NCBI GenBank assembly: GCA_964187785.1
Contig: OZ076421.1
Location: 35,092,001 to 35,156,000, forward strand
Origin: Amphiscolops sp. MND2022
Lineage: Eukaryota
DNA length: 64,000 nt
Direction of reading: 5' to 3'
Below are positions 60,341 to 64,000 of this stretch, one piece after another. A program made the position numbers and the translations under genes. The notes beneath the pieces are model-generated. The model was not told where the DNA came from. It ran no database searches and worked only from the letters and a program-made list of their open reading frames with translations. Numbering within the stretch: the stretch's first letter is position 1; every line of letters starts with the position of its first letter.

Positions 60341-63021
60341 CACAGTGGAACTCACAGAAAGAAAAGAAACTCGCGTTAACCAGCAGGGCAAGTAGCATAT
60401 TAATTTCACAATATGATTTGAACTTATGAGAAATTCTGATAGAAATGTGTCAGTTTGCTGGTCTTCAAAAAAGCCACTACCAGAGTCTGCGTTTCTACAA
60501 AATCGGCGACTGAAAATCACAATTTTATATCACTCGTCTTTGATCACAAACCCCAACTTGTCTTGCTGAACTTATTCATGAATTGTGAAAATTAGAACTA
60601 GATTCTGGAAGAATTAGAACTGGAGACTGGCGACCATGAAATAAGAGCACTGACGAGAGATTATTTCAGTATACAACCGGCGTTCAAAGACTAATAATTG
60701 TCATCTGTTTGATGTTTTATGGCATTGTTCACCTGGCACATCTATTTATACATCTATGCTATGCATGAAATGAAATTCACCTTGACTACTGACTGCCAAC
60801 AGAAGACAATTGAGTGATTTCAGTTCAACCCTTTTACAGACACTTTTTTTGCATGCACGAACTCCAAGGAAAACGAAAAAAAGCTGAATTCTTTTCAAAA
60901 TATCATGAAAGACTCGGTATTTGAAAAGCAGTGTAAATGCAAATATTAAAACACTAATGCATAGAAAACCATGCATATTCATGAGAGGAAAATATATAGA
61001 TATTGAATTGAATTCAATTGTCAACAAAATCTGAAGAAGTTTTCTATCATACAGAATGTCTCTTCGGACTGAAATTATGCACAAAAAAGCGATAAAACGC
61101 TAAATCTGAGTTTCTGCTCATCAAAATACCAAAATTTCCGTATATAGCATTCAAATTTGGGTTTGAGATTTGAGAGATCCAAGTCTCAGACTTGAGACGA
61201 TAGCTGCAACTGATGTTTAATGAGCACGAGAAACAATCAAAGGAACTGAACTTCCATTTAAGTAAAAAAAAAATCAAAAGTTATCCCAATTAGAAACTGT
61301 TTCAGAAAGCAGTGTATAAGGCTAATGAAACAGAATCAACAGACGGTACAAAATTAGTTTCAGGATAAAAAATTACAAATTTATGCATATACCTAAAGCT
61401 ATCAAAGCAGTTTTCCATTCTTTGAAAAAAAATTATATACATACATTTAAACTCGCATGGTTTCGCATTCGACGGCAAGAAAATGCTGTATGAAAATCAG
61501 AGAATTCAAAATTGATTTATATTGTATAACGCAACATCCATCCATTACGATAGCATTATTATATGCTCTAATGATATTATTAGTAGAAAGCTCAGCGCTT
61601 GATGGTATTTTCAAAAAGTCTTCAAACGCAAAAAACGATACTCGAATTGTATCAAATTAATTTGACAAACGAAGCAAAATTATCAGGCCATATTCATCCC
61701 GTGTGTCAATTACATGTTTAAACGAGCGTGAAATTTTGAATTTGGTAATTCTGGTATTATAAGAATGCTTAATGATGTTCTTGAATTTTGATCGAATCAA
61801 CTCCGATTCAAAGCGGCACTCTGAACGAGGGCAGATAGAGGTTTACATGAGATTGAAACAAATTTAGAGATTGCAGATTGATTTAGAAAAATCACTTCAA
61901 AAGGCGGAAATCATTCAAGGAGCAATTTTGATAAAAACCTCAGATACTCCTGGGAGTTAGTTCTACGACGCTGAGTTCGTTTTAGAATCATTCAAGCTGA
62001 AAATAGAAACAGTTAATTCATTTAATGCATCGCATTAACACTAAAACGAGCTTCCAAAAAATAGCATTTCAATTTTTAGAGGATTTAGATCAAAAATGTG
62101 GAGCTATTTAATTTTCCTGGTTAAGCATCACATAATAAGCTAGAATCACCAATTTTGAACCCATTTTTAGAAATTTGAAAAAAAATCCAACGTCGGTTCT
62201 ATTCAACTCAATTTACATCTGAAAATTATACCAAGCTTAGCATTAAAAGAGATGCTTCTTAGTTTCCAGAAAAAAAATGATTTTATTTTATTCAAAAATA
62301 TAGAAGGAAAATATAGAGGTTTCATTCTGTTAAGGATTCAATTCAAGATGGTAGGAATCATATGTACCATATTCCTATTCCACGATCGTACCAAATTCTT
62401 CCTCAAAACCTTGATTGGAACCGGTACTCCAAACACTGCGATTGATGGTAATTACTCCGGATGTCATGGCTCCATACATGGAAGTGTGATCATATGGTTC
62501 CATGTATGGAATTGCATGGAAGCCTCGTGTATTCAGATCCGGGAAGACAAACCTCTTCAAATATTTTGTCTAAAAACCCAAGATTCGCCGAACCTGTTAC
62601 TTTGGTTGTGACGTAATTTATCACGTGACGTTGCCTATTAAATAAAGCACGATTAATTTTATGACCAAACTAATTCTGCATCTTGACTAAATTACACTAA
62701 AAGCAAACGTGGCAGTTTTATCGACAAACAATTTCCAGTAATGTTTCTTTTAATTTTAGAGAGTTTTCAAAGGAAACGGCGAACAAAGGAACATTCGGCA
62801 AAAAGAGCTGATTTTAGAGCGATTTTAAATTCCAGTATAAAAGATAATTAAATCGTTAAATTGAGCGCGATAGAAATTCAGGTTAAATGCCTCATGTTAA
62901 CATTCGATACATCAAGTCTGTTCTGTTTCTCAGAGTTGTCAGGGTTTACTTCCTTACCGGATTTTTTTAAAATCATGTGATTACTCAAACTCCAATAAAC
63001 CCAGTACCCAAAACTGGTGTA

Positions 63022-63290
63022 AACAAGACGAGGACGTCTAAAGTCGGCGCTATATCTAAGGCTGAAAAAGCGCAAAACAATTTTTTGAAAAAACTGGAAT
63101 TTTTTGAAATTTTTTTTCTTTCGGAAAATGTCACATAGTGCCGAAAAATGTAAAAGGGGGACCCTTTGGGATTTATTAACATACATTCAGTTGCAAAATA
63201 TCAATAAATCGACCGATCAGTGTGAGTCTCGAGGAAAAAAAAGGTCACTGTAAGAGTCGGGCATTTTTCCTTAAAAGGAAAAGCGCTGAC
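63022..63290 (-). repeat. Repeat A copy (reverse)
   Basis: AACAAGACGAGGACGTCTAAAGTCGGCGC at 63022, followed by GGGGGACCCTT units. Confidence 0.85.
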
Positions 63291-64000
63291 TAAAAATAGT
63301 TTACATCCAAAAGAAACGCTATGAAGAAATCGATTCGAAAAATGACAATTTTTCCAACCTCAAGCAAAATTGTAGTCGATAGTTGCATTTATCACAACCT
63401 TTGAAAACTTTGAAAAGTGTTTCGTTCGAAAAAGACCCGAAAATTATCACCCAAAAGAGGCATTTATTTTATGAAATACGGCACCTAATTATCAAGATGC
63501 CAATACCAGTTCATGATTGTAAAATTTGCGCAATTGAAGAGCACAGAGCACATCAATTCAACGTTTGTTATGGTCGACCCAAATGTCTTTGGTTATCATT
63601 TACAGCCGTTATAAATCGAATGATCCCCTGCAGTATCTATAAAGCTAATGTTTTTATAGACCCACAATAAATTGAAGCTTCGAGAAAAACTAGAAATTAC
63701 AGTGGGCACAAATTAACCTGTGCAACTCGGACTAGTCTGTATTTCAAGCTTCAAATTGAAATGGTCAAGTAAACCACAGCCGCATATGCGGTAAAGGAGT
63801 CGGCTTAGGTCTCTTTCCTTCTGATTCGCTCCAATCCCAATTGTTATACGAATTTATTGAAACTGCACACATAGACCATACTATGGTGTAGAAAATGACT
63901 GTAGAAATTTTCGTTCGAATCGTATGGAAAGTTTTTGCAAAAATCAAAAAAGTCGAAAAATGGCTGTTTTTTGGCCATTTTTGGGTTAATTTTGCCTATG

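Noticed and set aside
56843-64000. Upstream DYRK2 exons (HCDLKPEN, DFGSS, YIQSRFYRAPE)
   Set aside because: Not found by eye on the minus strand. They probably lie beyond the window, implying an intron longer than 7 kb.

Overview
AT-rich eukaryotic genomic DNA, judged to be from an invertebrate animal because of its spliceosomal genes and metazoan-type transposons. The dispersed repeats remind me of acoel-type genomes, but that is unverified. About 5-36.5 kb is an almost continuous transposon cluster: a decayed Gypsy, an intron-containing hAT transposase relic, two CR1/L2-group LINEs, a full-length Copia with TSD and a full-length BEL/Pao with TSD whose 3' half is tandemly duplicated. Host genes that can be supported, all on the minus strand, are beta-glucuronidase exon 1 (1576-1755), a complete 5-exon acyl-CoA dehydrogenase (36738-40826) and the last two exons of a DYRK2/3 kinase (55784-56842). 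There is also a probable small 3-exon orphan gene (51734-52409, +), a relic gene with micro-introns, SINEs, MITEs and a MULE derivative. The most striking observations are: (1) a non-canonical GG-AG intron in the acyl-CoA dehydrogenase that coincides with a TA-flanked segment bounded by terminal inverted repeats (TIRs), i.e. an introner-like candidate; (2) a Copia whose LTRs run 5'-TT...AA-3' instead of TG...CA; (3) a 54-bp near-perfect palindrome just upstream of the orphan gene. All analysis was by eye; no database searches were run.
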